Shown here: positions 1 through 14,030 of the stretch, in pieces | Numbering within the stretch: the first letter of the stretch is position 1 | How the letters are laid out: every line of letters starts with the position of its first letter | NCBI RefSeq assembly: GCF_009914755.1 | Contig: NC_060928.1 | Source: the human T2T-CHM13v2.0 reference genome, Homo sapiens | Reading direction: 5' to 3' (one strand) | Length of the DNA stretch: 64,000 bases | Program-made: the position numbers and the translations under genes | The notes under the pieces: model-generated | Seen by the model: only the letters and a program-made list of their open reading frames with translations | Told to the model about the DNA's origin: nothing | Database searches by the model: none

Positions 1-2292
1 GAATGAAAAAAGGAAAGTAAGAGAACTGTTTTGTATGTGATTTACTGCAACTGATTACGTGAAAGTTGAAAGTGGTTCTACTATCCGGCCTTTAATCTTT
101 TTTAAAAGAGCCTACACTGACTTGGAAATGGGTGAACTGATACAGAGAAAAACTGAGGGGAGGATACTGGTGTCAAAGGACTCACTTGCCTTCCATCTGT
201 AATTGCAGGATTATCTGCCATGCTTCCAGAAACGGGAGCAAGTGAGAGAAAGGGGAAGACAGATGGCTTCTTGGTCTCCCTGCTGTGCCTAGATGATTGT
301 ACATTTTAGAGGGAAAAAAATTAATAATCTGATTTTTTAAATCCTCACCCACACTTGATCCTCAGCTAAATATTTTTGAAAGTGACACTTTTAGGTTAAC
401 TTTCATTTCTTTCGATTACACTACCCTCTGCTCCAGTTTTTAGTTGAGATTTCAAAGGTCATGCTCCAAAAAAAGCACTTTATTGTGATATTCTGAGTCA
501 AAATTAAAGTGAAAAATTGTGACTAGTCTCATAGGAACTCCTAAGGGAGCAAGGCTTTGTCTTCTTTTAAACACAGTATGTTTGAGGGAACTTCAAAGGT
601 TGTAGAATAAAAATTAATTTTGAAATCACATAAAATTCTTATCTCTACCCTAAGTAATCTGAAGAGTTTTCTACTTCTACTCAAAAGTCCTATAATTGTT
701 GGAAAATTAAGGCTACAATGCAATTTAAGGTAATTTGGAAACAAATACGTTCATATAACTGAGGGGAAAAATGATGGTGCTGAAGTGGTTTTCGTGATTT
801 TCTCGTTTATCCTCACACAGTATATGGTAGCATGTTGTTATAGTGAGCAGGTGGGCAGGTAAAGAAATGATACCAGTTAAGTAATACATTTTCCAGTTGT
901 CATTCTGCTGTTGCCAATAATTACTTGATTTTTTCTTAAAGAAGCCTATTTAACATTTTGAGTTTGGGGATTACAATCATGTACTTAAAGTTAAAACTCA
1001 TTTTAGTCAAGTAACAGGAAAGAAGCATTATGATTAAATTATGCTTAACCCTGGCTTTCATAAACTCATCAATATTATTTGTTCAATTTGAGTTAAATTG
1101 TACATGTAAACTCATATTTCTACACAAATATAGAGTGAAAGCAGTTGTCACCTCCCCTAGTTTCATTAACACTCTCATAGTTAAATGGAAATCAAATTAT
1201 TTACAACTATCATCTCCATCTCTCACTGGTCTGTCTCTTATTTTTGGTCATCATTGGCAATTAAGATTTCCCTTACTGTCAGCATCAACATTTTCCTATA
1301 GCTAAATACAGCATTCTTCTTAGACGCTTAGCTCTGTGCTAAGAGCAGATGATCACTTTGGGTTTTTCCGCTATCCCACTTCTAAAATTAAAACAAAAAC
1401 TAAAACAAAAAACAATGTCTCATTTTGGTGTTAATAATTTGATATGTATATTTAAAAAGGCTTGGGGACTAGGCCAACACCCACCTCCTCTTCACCCTGA
1501 GAAGTGCCTCTACTACAGAACCACAGATACTAGCCAGCGAGGTTTGTGACTTTTCTATGAGGACATGACCTTGTCCCTCAGTCCAGCTTACCTAACAGGG
1601 GCTGTCAGTCAACTGCTTAGAAACATCACTATTGTGTCTGCTGTATTCTCATTGCTGATTTTATGGGATTTAAGGTGATAAGCCTAATCCTTAACAGGAG
1701 CAGTCAGTGCTATACACTCAGTGTATCGCAAATATTCCCATCACCAAAATAAGCCTCCAAGGGAGCTCATCGATCAACTTTCTGTTATTTTCCACTGCCT
1801 CTGAACTGGTGGGCCCTTGAGACATCCTGTATACCTGGATCTCCTATCTTCTATATGCAGGTTGTGGGGAGCCAGGAGTATATTTCACATTTTTGCTACT
1901 CTATTGGACCAAGGTTCGAACTTCCTTTGCCTATTTTTTTTCTCTTAAGCCAACTACTACTCCTAAGTCTTGCTGCCTTTTGGGATCTGAAAGTCAAAAG
2001 CAGTCCTTCTCAATGTGTAATATCCCTGTTTTATTCCTTGACACTTCTTTCCAGTGTCTGAAGAGCTTCCCCTTCCCATGTTATGGGAACTCATCCTATT
2101 TTATATATTTTATCTTTCTAGATAGTATTTGCTCTTCCAATATCTAATGCAATAATGAGATAGTGCTGAATGAAATGGAACAAGTTACCAAGAAAAGAAA
2201 AAAAAACATGTGGGAGAGGCAATGGAGATGGAGTGGGGAAATCAGTTTTATTATCCCATTAATATGAATGCCAAGTTTTATATATCATTCTA

Positions 2293-3167
2293 TGTAGGGA
2301 GACACCCTGAAACTATTGCTACAGAATAAAAGATGAATTGCTCCTGATTATTGTAAATACAAAATTGCATGCAGGATTGTGTAAAGACAATGCCAGGTTG
2401 GACTGCCAGAATGAGCCAATAACGCATGATGTGCTTCCCCCTGCAGAGAGCCTATGAATGGATGTGCAGTCGAGGAGGTTTCACATCACCAAGATTCCTA
2501 TCCCAGAAAAGCAGATGTTCATAGCTCTGGGAATGGAATGTGACCCTTGTGGAGAGCCTATAAACGGATGCATGGGGGGGTGCCTGTCCATATGGATAAG
2601 ATAGGGCTACAAACGCCCTTATCTTGCCAGGGCTCTTCTAGGCCTCTTTAGGGTTAAGGCATACTCCCTTCTGAGAATTTCTGGTCTAACTGGTTGTGTA
2701 GCTTCACATCCTGTTTCTATGGATTGTTTGTAACCAGCTTTTGCTGCAACTGTTACTGCTTATTAATATCTTGCTAATCATAGGTTGTGGAAAGACTGTG
2801 TTTCTGTTTTAAGGCTCTGTTAGAAATTACTGATGCACACATTATATTGTAAATTCTTATCTCTGTATACTGTACTTCTGCATACAGATGTTATGTTAAA
2901 GAATTACTTCATCCCCATGTGACCATCTCACCTCATAATCAAATGACCCTAAATCCCTCACTAACCTATCCCCACCCTCACTAAACTTAATAATAAATGC
3001 TGGTATATCCAGTGCATTGGTGGCACCACGGGACCAGAAGACGGTGACCCCCCTGGACCCAGCTTTCAGTATCTTGTGTGTGTCTATTATTTCTCGACCT
3101 GTCAATCCACCTGGGAACAAAGAGAGAGCCCCGTTACATTGCGGGCTGCTGGCCAGAGCCCACAATA
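2293..3167 (+). mobile_element. ERVK-class solo LTR, MER11D-like
   Basis: Starts TGTAGGGAGACACCCTGAAACTATTGCT and ends CCCACAATA. Flanked by a 6-bp TSD ATTCTA (2287-2292, 3168-3173), typical of ERVK. AATAAA near 2992. Family assigned from recalled consensus. Confidence 0.85.
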
Positions 3168-3769
3168 ATTCTAAAGAAGATAGGAAAGTACAGAGACCAA
3201 AATGCCAAGAAACTTATTTTCCACCCCAGACATTCTTTTTATAGGAAGGCCTTTACATCTGTCTGATAGGAACCCTCCCTATGTCAAATATGCCTTCTTC
3301 CCTAAAAGCACTTAACCCCTTACCAGTATGTGCTATTGTTACCTTCAGGTAATAATAGCTGAAATGCTGCTCAGAAAGAAATCAGATTACTAAAATGGGG
3401 GAAAAGTCTTGTGGTGGAGTAGAAAAATGCATTCTTATCACATTTGGAAGCATATGAACCCTACTGAAGAATAAAAGAAGAGAAATAAGAATATTGATTA
3501 AGGGTCATAAATGTGGGAAAGTAGTGCTGCAGATGAAATAATATAGAGATTTTGATAAAGAAGCTAGAGTCTCAGAACAGAAGTATAAGCATATTGTTAG
3601 GCAAACTTTCTTAAGTTGAAAGCAATCTGAGCTTACAACAAAAATAAAGCATAGTATTTATCAATAAGACATTAGTAAAAAGAGAAATGTCTTGACAATA
3701 ATGTTGAATGAAATGCAAGTTCTATAAGCATACTAGCAAAAAAAAAAAAAAAAAGACAGGTTACCCATC

Positions 3770-4122
3770 TGATATGGTTGAATGTGTTCCATCCAAAATT
3801 CAGATGTTGAAACTTGATGGTCAATGTGATAGTGTTAGGAGATGGGGCCTTTAAGAGGTGATTAGGCTGCTCCCTCATGAATGGGATTAAGGCCCTTATA
3901 AAAAGAAGCTTTGTGCAGTGTTCAGATCTCTTGCTCTTTGACCTTATGACATATGAAGACACAGCATTTCTCTCCTCTGGAGGATGCAGCCCTCATAACT
4001 GAACCTGCCAGTACAGTGATCTTCGACTTCCCAGATTCCAGAACTCTGAGAAATAAATTTCTGTTCTTTATAAATTACCCAGTCCCAGGTATTTTGTTAC
4101 AGAAGCAAGACCAGACTAGAAA
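3770..4122 (+). mobile_element. MaLR solo LTR (MSTC/MSTD-like)
   Basis: TGATATGGTT start, GGGGCCTTTAAGAGGTGATTAGG, and MaLR 3' end CCAGAACTCTGAGAAATAAATTTCTGTTCTTTATAAATTACCCAGTC. Confidence 0.8.
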
Positions 4123-4339
4123 CTACACAAGTGCACAATTCATGATAAGCCCAGATTTTTCCACAATATTAAATGTCGGAATTATTTAAACAAACAAACA
4201 AAAAAACTAACTTGAATCAACTCTTTTTCATGTGCCACAGACTGAAGTAAGAACCTCATGAGAATGATCTCACATAACCCCCATTAGAACTCTGTGCATA
4301 GTTAAAACTGTGTACCTGTTAACCTACAACTCCCCATTT

Positions 4340-4627
4340 AAGGTTTCAGTTATGTAGGGTGAATACTTCCCAAAGATCTTATCTACTGCATGGTGATTAT
4401 AGTCAATGATACGGTATTGTACACTTGTAATTTGCAAGAGAGTAGATATTAAATGTCTTATCACACACACACACAAAATGTAACTATGTGAGGTGATGGA
4501 TATGTTAATTTGCTTTATTGGGGAAATCATTTTACAGTGTATAGGTATATCAAAATATCACATTGTATACCTTAAATATGTATAATTTTATATGCCAATT
4601 ATGTCTCAATAAAGCTGGGGGGAAAAG
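4340..4627 (+). mobile_element. L1M (L1MA/MB-like) 3' end fragment
   Basis: GTAACTATGTGAGGTGATGGATATGTTAAT ... CTCAATAAAGCTGGGG matches an L1M 3' UTR terminus. Confidence 0.8.
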
Positions 4628-5845
4628 AGCCCTATGCAGTATTTACTGTTAAAATCACATTTCACAACAGGGAGAAACAGAAGTTCAGGAAGCTCTCTGA
4701 TTGGCCGTTAATCATAGAGTGTGTACCCAGCAAGTTAGGATTGAAGGTTATATCAGTCAATTATTGAATGAGGTCTACATATATGTATAATTAAAAGATA
4801 GATTAACAAATATTCACTAAGCCTTGTATGCCACAAAGAATACATTAGATTTTACAGCATAACATTTAACAGAATTGAAGTCTGCAGAAAAAAGTCACCA
4901 AATTAAAAGAGCAAAAATTTTACAAATTTGGTTTTATTTCCACAATGCTAAAGACACAATATAGAAAGTAGTAATAAAAACTTTCCAATCATTTGGAAAA
5001 TGTGCTTTAACAGTCCACTTAAATTATGACAGTTGTTCCAACAAATTTTACTATATGCGGTGGATAAGGTTTGAATTCTTTCTGGGGAGGCGTCTCGGCC
5101 TCTAAGAAAATATGCTTTAGGAGACTTGGAGTACCTGGTCACTAGACAAATCCACTCCTCTGCAAATCTTTCTTAGACTCAAGCTGAGGCCTTTGCTATA
5201 TTTTCTTCCTCCCAAATATTTACAACTTCCTGCCAAGTTACAGGTTCTTGCTAGAATTTCTCACCATTCCCACAACTTCCTCTCTATGGAAAACCAGTCG
5301 GCTAAGCTTTCAGGGCACTCAGGTAAAATCTGCCAGGTCTGCTTTGAGGGAATGATTCCAGTATCATCAACATTTTTGATCTGTCTTTGTCAGACCTTTC
5401 CACTCATCTCAAGACCATTAAGGCAGCCTCATTTTCAGTGAACAATCTTTCTAAAAAAAATAAAACCTGAAAAACTTTATTAGCCCAATAGTTATTCCTG
5501 GAGGAAGAGGAGAAAAAGGAAGGAAGAAAGGAATTGTTGCTAGTCCTATATAGAATTGCCAGCATTTTATTTTCCCAAAATTACTAATTTAGGAAAAAAA
5601 TTTTACTACAATTTATATGTATTATGAATACTTTTTTCATAGAAGAAATATAATACTAAAAATAAGTTAAATGAATTTAGCCTTAGAAAAACTTATTTTG
5701 CTAAAAATTATCAAAATCTTATATAAACCAGTATTCTTGGATCACAGTTTGGGAAATACTAATTTCTTTTGTAGATCTAATGAGAAGAGGGCTGAAAGTT
5801 CAAAAATAAGAGGCACTGCAAAAACCACGCATCAGGTTAAAAACT

Positions 5846-5849
<4 letters not shown>

Positions 5850-5889
<40 letters not shown>
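5850..5889. repeat. (AT)20 microsatellite
   Basis: Uninterrupted AT run read directly. Confidence 0.97.
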
Positions 5890-5891
<2 letters not shown>

Positions 5892-8403
5892 AAATTACAA
5901 AATATCAATATCGAAGACATGTGGAATAAAGGTTATCTAGTAAAATGTACACTTGGGTATAATTTATTAATGATAGCTAAATGGCTCACTGAATGTAATA
6001 GAAAGTAGCAACCCTCATTGTATTCTATTTAAAAATAAGCTATGATATTAGAAACTTAAACTTCATGAGGCTGGTAATACCAATAGAGGCGTGCTGAGCT
6101 ACATAGATTGTGAAGTAGAAAAGTTGAACAGTAAAGAATGTGTTTCTCCAGCGTTGTCCTAATTAGAGTTAGCTGTGACTAATGGACACAAAATAAAGCA
6201 GGAGTAAGTCTTTATTTTCTGTTTTAGGATAAATATGAACATTTAAGTTGTTTGCTATGATTCCACAAACTTGATTCTCATTTCAAGACAAATAGGAAAA
6301 ATTAAGATATTATAGAAAATGAAAAAGTGGTTTCCTGAATTCAGGTTAATAAATTTTGTTGTGAAATTTGTTTAGCATAATATACACTAATAAACCCTAA
6401 GACAATAGATAAAGTAAAATTTTTAATTATGCAAGATCAGAGGCACCTCAGCCATATCACATCTTAATGCACAAAATCATATCCTATTTCAAGAGGTTTT
6501 AACCCAAAGTTTAGAAAAGAAATTCCGTATTTTATCTCATAAATCATGTGATCTAACTTAGAGAATGAAATCAAGGGCTTTTTGCTCTTAGTCTTAAAAG
6601 AGACACAAGAAAATAAACATATTCTTCAATTTCAATCATTCATTTGCCTAAAATTTATATCACATTATTTTTAACTTTAATATGTGAAACTATTTCATCC
6701 AGGATACAGAACTTAGTACATAGGTATAAATAAACAAGTTAGCTTTTTCAATTAAACTTACAGACAGGTAAGAATGTAAATGCTTTTTCCTATTTATCAA
6801 ATACTAATTCAAATGCAAAATGTAAAAGATTTTCTTTTAGCCAAATAATAGACAATCTTATTGTAATATAAATTAGATTATAAATCTAAATACCAGTTGA
6901 CACTCAACTTCTGATATTTACAATAATCATAGTTAAGTCATTCTGGAGCATAAAAGTTAAGTGCATGCAATAAAAAGCTGTGGAATTACATATATATAGA
7001 AATTGTACAAAACTCAGTGAAGTGCTACTAACCACTCTTATTTCAATAAAATAAGGAAAGATTAAGGCTTTGATGCTTTTTAAAAAGTGACATCTTATGA
7101 AGAAAATCTGCTTTTAAGTATTCTTTCAAAAACCAATTTTTTACATCTCCAAAGTAGTATAATTTCTCATTATCACTTTATTTCTACATAGAAAAGTAGA
7201 CTTTTATGTAGACAACGTTGACATAAATACTCAGATTTCTTTTAAATTAAAATGCCATTCACATGAGATTCTAAATTTTTATATACATGAGAATAGTTTC
7301 TGCCAAAATATTATTCTTATGGAAATAAGCTAACACTTCCATTTGATTGGCACTACGTGTGTTGACAAAGCTGAGCCAATATTTTCCAATTGGGAAATGG
7401 AAAAGTTTAACTTATTAGATAACCAGAAAGGCAGATTAGAACTTTCTCTAGGCAATTTAGTCAATAGTCACAATTTATGATGCAAACCTAAGTGTCTTTA
7501 GTTTTGCCTTGTTAATTCCACATTTACAGAATACACTTTGATGATTTCCTCCCACTAGACTATTTAAAGACATGGAACAGCAAACAAAAGCGTTTCTGTT
7601 CTTATCCCCAAATCGATTAAAAACCTAAGCCTGATTAAATGGGAACATTTTCTATTCTTTGGGTTTTAAAAATCCTCTACTGAATTCTAATCCTCATTCC
7701 ATCCCATTCTCCATGGCAGTCCAGGAAGCCCAAAGTTCTTGATCACTTTTGTAACAAGGAAAAGGCACAATTCTTCCTGTGATGTATAGAAATATTTCAG
7801 GAATAATTTTACATGAAAATAAAGGCAAAACAAAAACATGGAGAGCTCTACTAGTTAGAAAGGGTGGCTTTATATTTTTTTCTAATCATATATGGTTTCC
7901 TGACATCACAATGTATCTCAAGCTTCCAGTTTAAACTAATCATTAGTTCATATAATCTGATTGTCAATAAAGTGATAAAATTTACAATGATGTAACTAAT
8001 TTCATATAAAAATTATTAAAAATATTGCAATGCTGGTTCTTCTTTTGAATCCCATTATCTTTTCTCCTTGTTTTTTTTATAAGATCGTTTCCTATACATA
8101 CTTTTTCTGAAACTGCATGTATATAGGTATATCTGAACTACAATTTAAAATCACTTTCATTTGATAATATATAATGTTTCTAGTATTATACTATATCTTA
8201 TTTTTCTCATATTTATCTTCACACATTTTGTTTTCTAATTTTACCTAATTGGTTTCATATCCTGCCCCCTTTTAAATTATAATAAGCTATCTTTAAAATT
8301 ATGAATGACTCATCTAAAAATGAAAGGCTATATCATAATTGAAGCGAGGCCATGGTAAAAGATATATTTAATAGTCTTATGATATCACAATAGCAGAGAT
8401 TAA

Positions 8404-8766
<363 letters not shown>

Positions 8767-10309
8767 AATTTTTCTTATATTTTAAAATCCATTTAAACAA
8801 ATGAAATATACAGTATTTTTACTCTACATATAAACAAATGGAAATTTGATTAATTATGTACCTTTTTCAGTATTTTTTAAGTGGACATTTTTAGATCATC
8901 GGTTTTTTGTTTTACTTAATGACCAAATTCAAATAATTATTTTGCTCTGAACTTCAATTAATTCTAACAAATATCCACTATGTTAATATATAACTCTGTT
9001 TTCATTTTTGTCATGTCAAATTTTTTGTCTATTCTGACCCAAATAGTCAAAATGTTCAATTGACAACAAACCTATTTTGACCAATTCTAACTAATTGAAC
9101 TAATTGCTTATTTACCTCACTGAGTTTATTAATTTTGTTGTGGTTGAGATACTTCACATGTTGAATATAGATTTCCCTTCATGTTCAACATTCAGTCCCA
9201 CCATAGTTACACGGGGATTCAAGGAGACTTTTGTGAGTGATGGACAGAATTCTTTATGTATGGCAAGCTATCCTGACTAGGTTCTAACAGTCCTCTCATT
9301 GTTATCCCCTGGCTTTCTTAACTTCCATCCCTCTTTGAGTAAATCTAACTGCATGCCTTTTGGTTTTTAATGCAATTGCTCCAAACTATGTGAGTCAGAC
9401 TGCTTTGACTGACAAAGTTTCCCATTTGTTGCCCATTTGGCCTCAAACTATCAAAGAAAAATTGAAATACCCATAGTCATATGGATATTCTAAAAATTTT
9501 CATGAGGTGGAATCCCAAATTACTGAAATAGAGGTTAAATTTACAGCAGAACTTGTAGCATATTCATAAATGTAATTCAGGTACTACAATTCTTGTCTTT
9601 GGTCAATAGAATGTGTGTATATATCACTGCTAAGTAATGGAGAATTTTGTCTGAGGAATCAAAGTTATTATTTCTCTGATCAAATTATCTCCTAAGTTAC
9701 TCTCTTCACTCCCTATCCCCAGCTGTTGAATAGGAAGGAGGGAGGAAGAACACCAAGGCGGTCCTGTACTCTGGGTGGTAGCTTGCTATTTTTTCCTGTT
9801 TTATTCTTTCCTCATTACCAAATAGATATTTGAGATTCAGACATCTAACACTAAAAATTGACTATAAGACTGAGTATTCTCCTGATGCTTGAAATCTTTG
9901 GAACATCTGTCTCCTTCACAATCTTGAATTACAATATAAAGCATGTTCTATTTACTTAGCTTTGGAGGCAGTATGTTCATCAACCTCTTCTTAATACTTG
10001 GGTTTTCCCTTATTTGCAGCAAAATGAGAGAAAACTGATCTTGTTTCAATGCTGCAGCTCATCATGTTCCCTAAGTCTGTGTGTGAGTGCGCACGTGTGC
10101 CAGCACAAGGGCACACTGCCTGAAAATGTTATCTGTGCATTCACTATAAACACGTTAAAGAACTTCAGACTATTTTTGTTTTTAATCCAAAATATTAATC
10201 AGTTTTATAATGCTAGATATCTGTAAGTCACATAAACATAGCACTTACCACTCAATCAGTGTCAGCTGTTATCATTACTAGCATAATCATAATTTTTTAA
10301 TTTATTTTT

Positions 10310-10600
10310 TTCTTGACACATGTTTGTTGAGCACTTACTAAATGACAAACACTAAACTAGGTACTAAATGAACAAAACAGATATATGAATTATCTTTATG
10401 GAATTCAGTACTATATTGTTACTTCTTATTCAGCTATGAAATTTTCACTTTAGTCCACATCTGAAAAATAGGGATAATAATAGCTCAAAATATTTGTAAG
10501 AATGAAAAGAATGAAATGAGGTATACAAAATAAGTGTGTCTCATAGCAGTGGGCACAAAATAAATACTCAATAATTTGCACTTATATTACTATTAACAAT
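10310..10600. mobile_element. L2 3' fragment (minus) followed by MIR fragment (plus)
   Basis: TTTGTTGAGCACTTACT (L2 tail) and CATCTGAAAAATAGGGATAATAATAG (MIR core). Degenerate. Confidence 0.6.
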
Positions 10601-11427
10601 GTTTCTATTTTGAAAATGTTGTCCAATGTGGTAGAAGACTTAATATTACAATAGGTGCTTGTCTTAAATTTAAAAATACCATACATGTATTAATTCAATT
10701 GAATAATTATATGTTATTATAACAAAGATCTTATACAAGGTAATATTTATCATTGTTACTATTTTTATTAGCTTCGTTTCTTATACATAGTGTGGAAGTT
10801 ATTGCTATTCCTCATATCTCAGTTACCAGGCAAAAAACTTGTAGTTTTCTTTCACTTCTCTTTCTCCATGTACTCATATATCCAGTGAGTTACAGGTCAT
10901 CCATTTTGAGCAGTTGTAATAGTATTTCTTTAAGTCTGTTACCTTCTATTATTCATTGATGTAAGCACAAGTTGGTTTCTCACTCCTAGACTATCCAATA
11001 GTCTTAATACTGTTCTTCAGCCTGGAATTTCATGTTCCATGTAGTTTTATGGCAAACTACTTTTCTAGACTATTACTCATACAACTTCATCTTTGGAACC
11101 CTCATCTCTGGCCAAATTATTATAAACATGATCTTCACCACCTTTTCTGAACATTTTAACACTCATTCTTTGTAATATTTTTCTAGACTCCTGAAATAAT
11201 ATCCCTTCAATATCTACCACTCAAACTGCCCTTTTCTTTTGACACGCTTCAATTTCTTCCTTGATTACAAATCTTCAGGCAAGAGTCTTAACTCATATTG
11301 CTAATAAACATCTGACCCTTTCTTTTGCTGGTTAATCATGTACAGGCATTATACTTCAAATTTATTAGTGTTCAATTTTTATGAATCAATCATATTACTA
11401 TTTAGCATTTTTTTGTGTGTTTGTCTT

Positions 11428-11721
11428 TTTTTTTTTTCTCTGAAACAGAGTCTTGGTCTGTCATCCAGGCTGGAGTGCAATGGCGTGATCTCAGCTCACT
11501 GCAACCTCTGACTCCCAAGTTCAAGCGACTCTCCTGCCTCAGCCTCCTGAGTAGCTGGGATTACAGGAGCATGTCACCACACCCAGCAAATTTTTGTATT
11601 TTTAGTAGAGACGGGGTTTCACCATGTTGGTCAGGATAATCTCAAACTCCTGACCTCGTGATCTGCCCACCTTGGCCTCCCCAAGTGCTGGGATTACAGG
11701 TGTGAGCCACTGTGCCTGGCC
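11428..11721 (-). mobile_element. AluS (Sg/Sc-like), full length
   Basis: Alu dimer with the CCTGACCTCGTGATC 2-bp deletion variant. 12-bp TSD TGTGTTTGTCTT at 11416-11427 and 11722-11733. Confidence 0.95.
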
Positions 11722-13530
11722 TGTGTTTGTCTTAAATTCACATGTATACTGAAAATTTCTTGAGAAAGGCTCCTTTTTGAATCCCCAGGAAGAAAGATTT
11801 CAGACATTGTTATTGGTTCATATAATTTTTATCTCTATTTATTAATATATTTAATTTAAAATTCGTGTTACTACTACGTTTAGAAGTACTAATACTGATA
11901 AAATTGCATAAGCAGTGTGTGATAGTAAACCACTTACACTTCTGTAGCATTTTGTTAATATCATTTAATTCCAAAGTGTTCCCCCCTTCTAGTCAATGGT
12001 TGAAAAGTATGAATTACATCTGAATGCCAGAGTAAAGCTGACAGTGTAACCATAACAAAATAGAACTTTTGATTCAAACATGATAGGACAGTTATGTCAA
12101 AATGAGCCCAAAAGTAAGTGTTTAAAAGAAATATTTTCATGAAAGCTTTCCTTGGGGGAGATCAGTGACCTATCTTTTCAAAGATGCTGCTTTGGATGAC
12201 AATCCATATTTGTGTTTGTGTATACAGGTGAAAAACTAAAACACGATCAGCAGTTTTTCTACATGATGAATGTAGGAAGCCAGCTACCAAGTAACTGCTG
12301 CCCATGGCCTTATGCATCAATCTATTACTTGCCAGGATGTATTGTGTAGAAACAACATCATGTATTTAAAGCCTGTACTCTATATCCAGCCTAAATTTTC
12401 ATATTAAGATAATCTGAAAACTGTCCTCTAACTAATATTTTATTCTTTTTTTGACAGCTCAGCAGCGGACACCAATGAGCAATTTGTATTATTTTCTGGT
12501 CAATTTATTAAGTAATTATTGGTAATGAAATTTATGGTATTTTTATCTTATGGCTTATTTGATCTCCTCTTAAAGTTCACATGTAAATTGCCCCATTAAT
12601 TTAATGTTCAATGTCATATTATTTGACATTAAATCTACTTACAATAAATGTAGCCACCCAACCTAATTAGGCAAAATGCATATTATAAAGTAAAAAATAA
12701 GTTTTAGAATTTAACTAGAACTGTGACATTCTCTGTATATTCATATGGAGACATTTATTTTACAAAAATAATATATAATAAGACATGCTTTGATTTGTAT
12801 CATAATAATTTCTAATATACACACAACCATATAAGATAGAACTAATATATAAAGTATATAACATATATAATATTTATGTAATATATGCATGTATATGCAT
12901 ATATCTGTAATCAAATCATTACCAAAATGACTTTTACATTTTGAAAACTGGTGAAGACTAAAGATTATACAGCCAATGTTGTTTCTGCCATGAATATGAT
13001 GCACAAATAAATGATATGCCTGCTGGAGTTCATATTGTACCATGAAAGGGATTTAGAATAATAAAATATATACAAAGCAAGGCTAAACTTTCAATTTAAA
13101 AATGTTGATGATTTATAAGAGAAATCTAACACTAGATTACTCTCAGAAGTATAGCAAAATATAAATTGTAGAAACAACACTTTTACATTTACTAAGGACA
13201 TTTAATTGAATTAATAGCACACATTAGCTACCATTATCTAAAACTTCAGAAAGTGGATTTAAAAATACAATTCTCTAGAAAACCCTATACCTCTCTGAAT
13301 CTAAAATATTACAGTTGTAATGGTTTTTGTTTATTTTTATTATTCATTGTTGATTTATTCAATTATTACAGAAACCCCAAAACCACACAGGTATGAAGTA
13401 ACTTTTTGGGACAGGATGTGTCCTAGATGTTGGTAATCATTAAAACAGTAAATTTACACACATGGTCCCTTGTAAAACTTATCTTCTAGTACAAATATCA
13501 TACAGGGAAATTTTCATTTGGAACTTTCTA

Positions 13531-14030
13531 TCAAAAAGACATATGCACTTTTATTCTCATCACAGCACCATTCACAATAGCAAAGACATGGAATCAACCA
13601 AGATACCCACCAATGGTGGACTGAAAAGAGAAAATGTGGTATGTATACACCATGGAATACTGCATAGCCATGAAAAATAATAAAGTCATGTTCTTTGCAA
13701 CACCATGGATGTAGCTGGAGGCCATTATCCTAAGTGAACTAACGCAGGAACAGAAAATCAAATACTTCATGTTCTCACTTATAAGTGGGAGCTAAATATT
13801 GAATACACATGGACATAAAAATGGGAACAAAACAATAGACACTAGGACTGCTTGAGGGGGGAAGGTGGGAGGGGGGCATGGGTTGGAGGTTACCTATGGA
13901 GTACTATGCTTACTATATTGGTGACAGAATCATTTGTACACCAAGCCTCAGCAACACGCAGTTTACCCATGTAACAAACCTGCACATGTAGCCCCGAACC
14001 AAAAATAAAAGTAGAAAGAAAAGAAGAGAA
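13531..14030 (+). mobile_element. L1 3' end (old L1PA/L1PB, L1PA15-16-like)
   Basis: CACAATAGCAAAGACATGGAATCAACC (ORF2 end), ATGTTCTCACTTATAAGTGGGAGCTAAA, GTAACAAACCTGCACATGTA and an A-rich tail. Confidence 0.9.

Noticed and set aside
7183-7212. Imperfect hairpin TCTACATAGAAAAGT/ACTTTTATGTAGA
   Set aside because: Short, AT-rich and bulged; within chance.
7340-7395. Cluster of CCAAT/ATTGG boxes
   Set aside because: No CpG island or other promoter context; five-mers are too common.
12770-12910. AT-rich low-complexity stretch giving a 100-aa ORF
   Set aside because: Degenerate (TA)n-like sequence with no coding signal.
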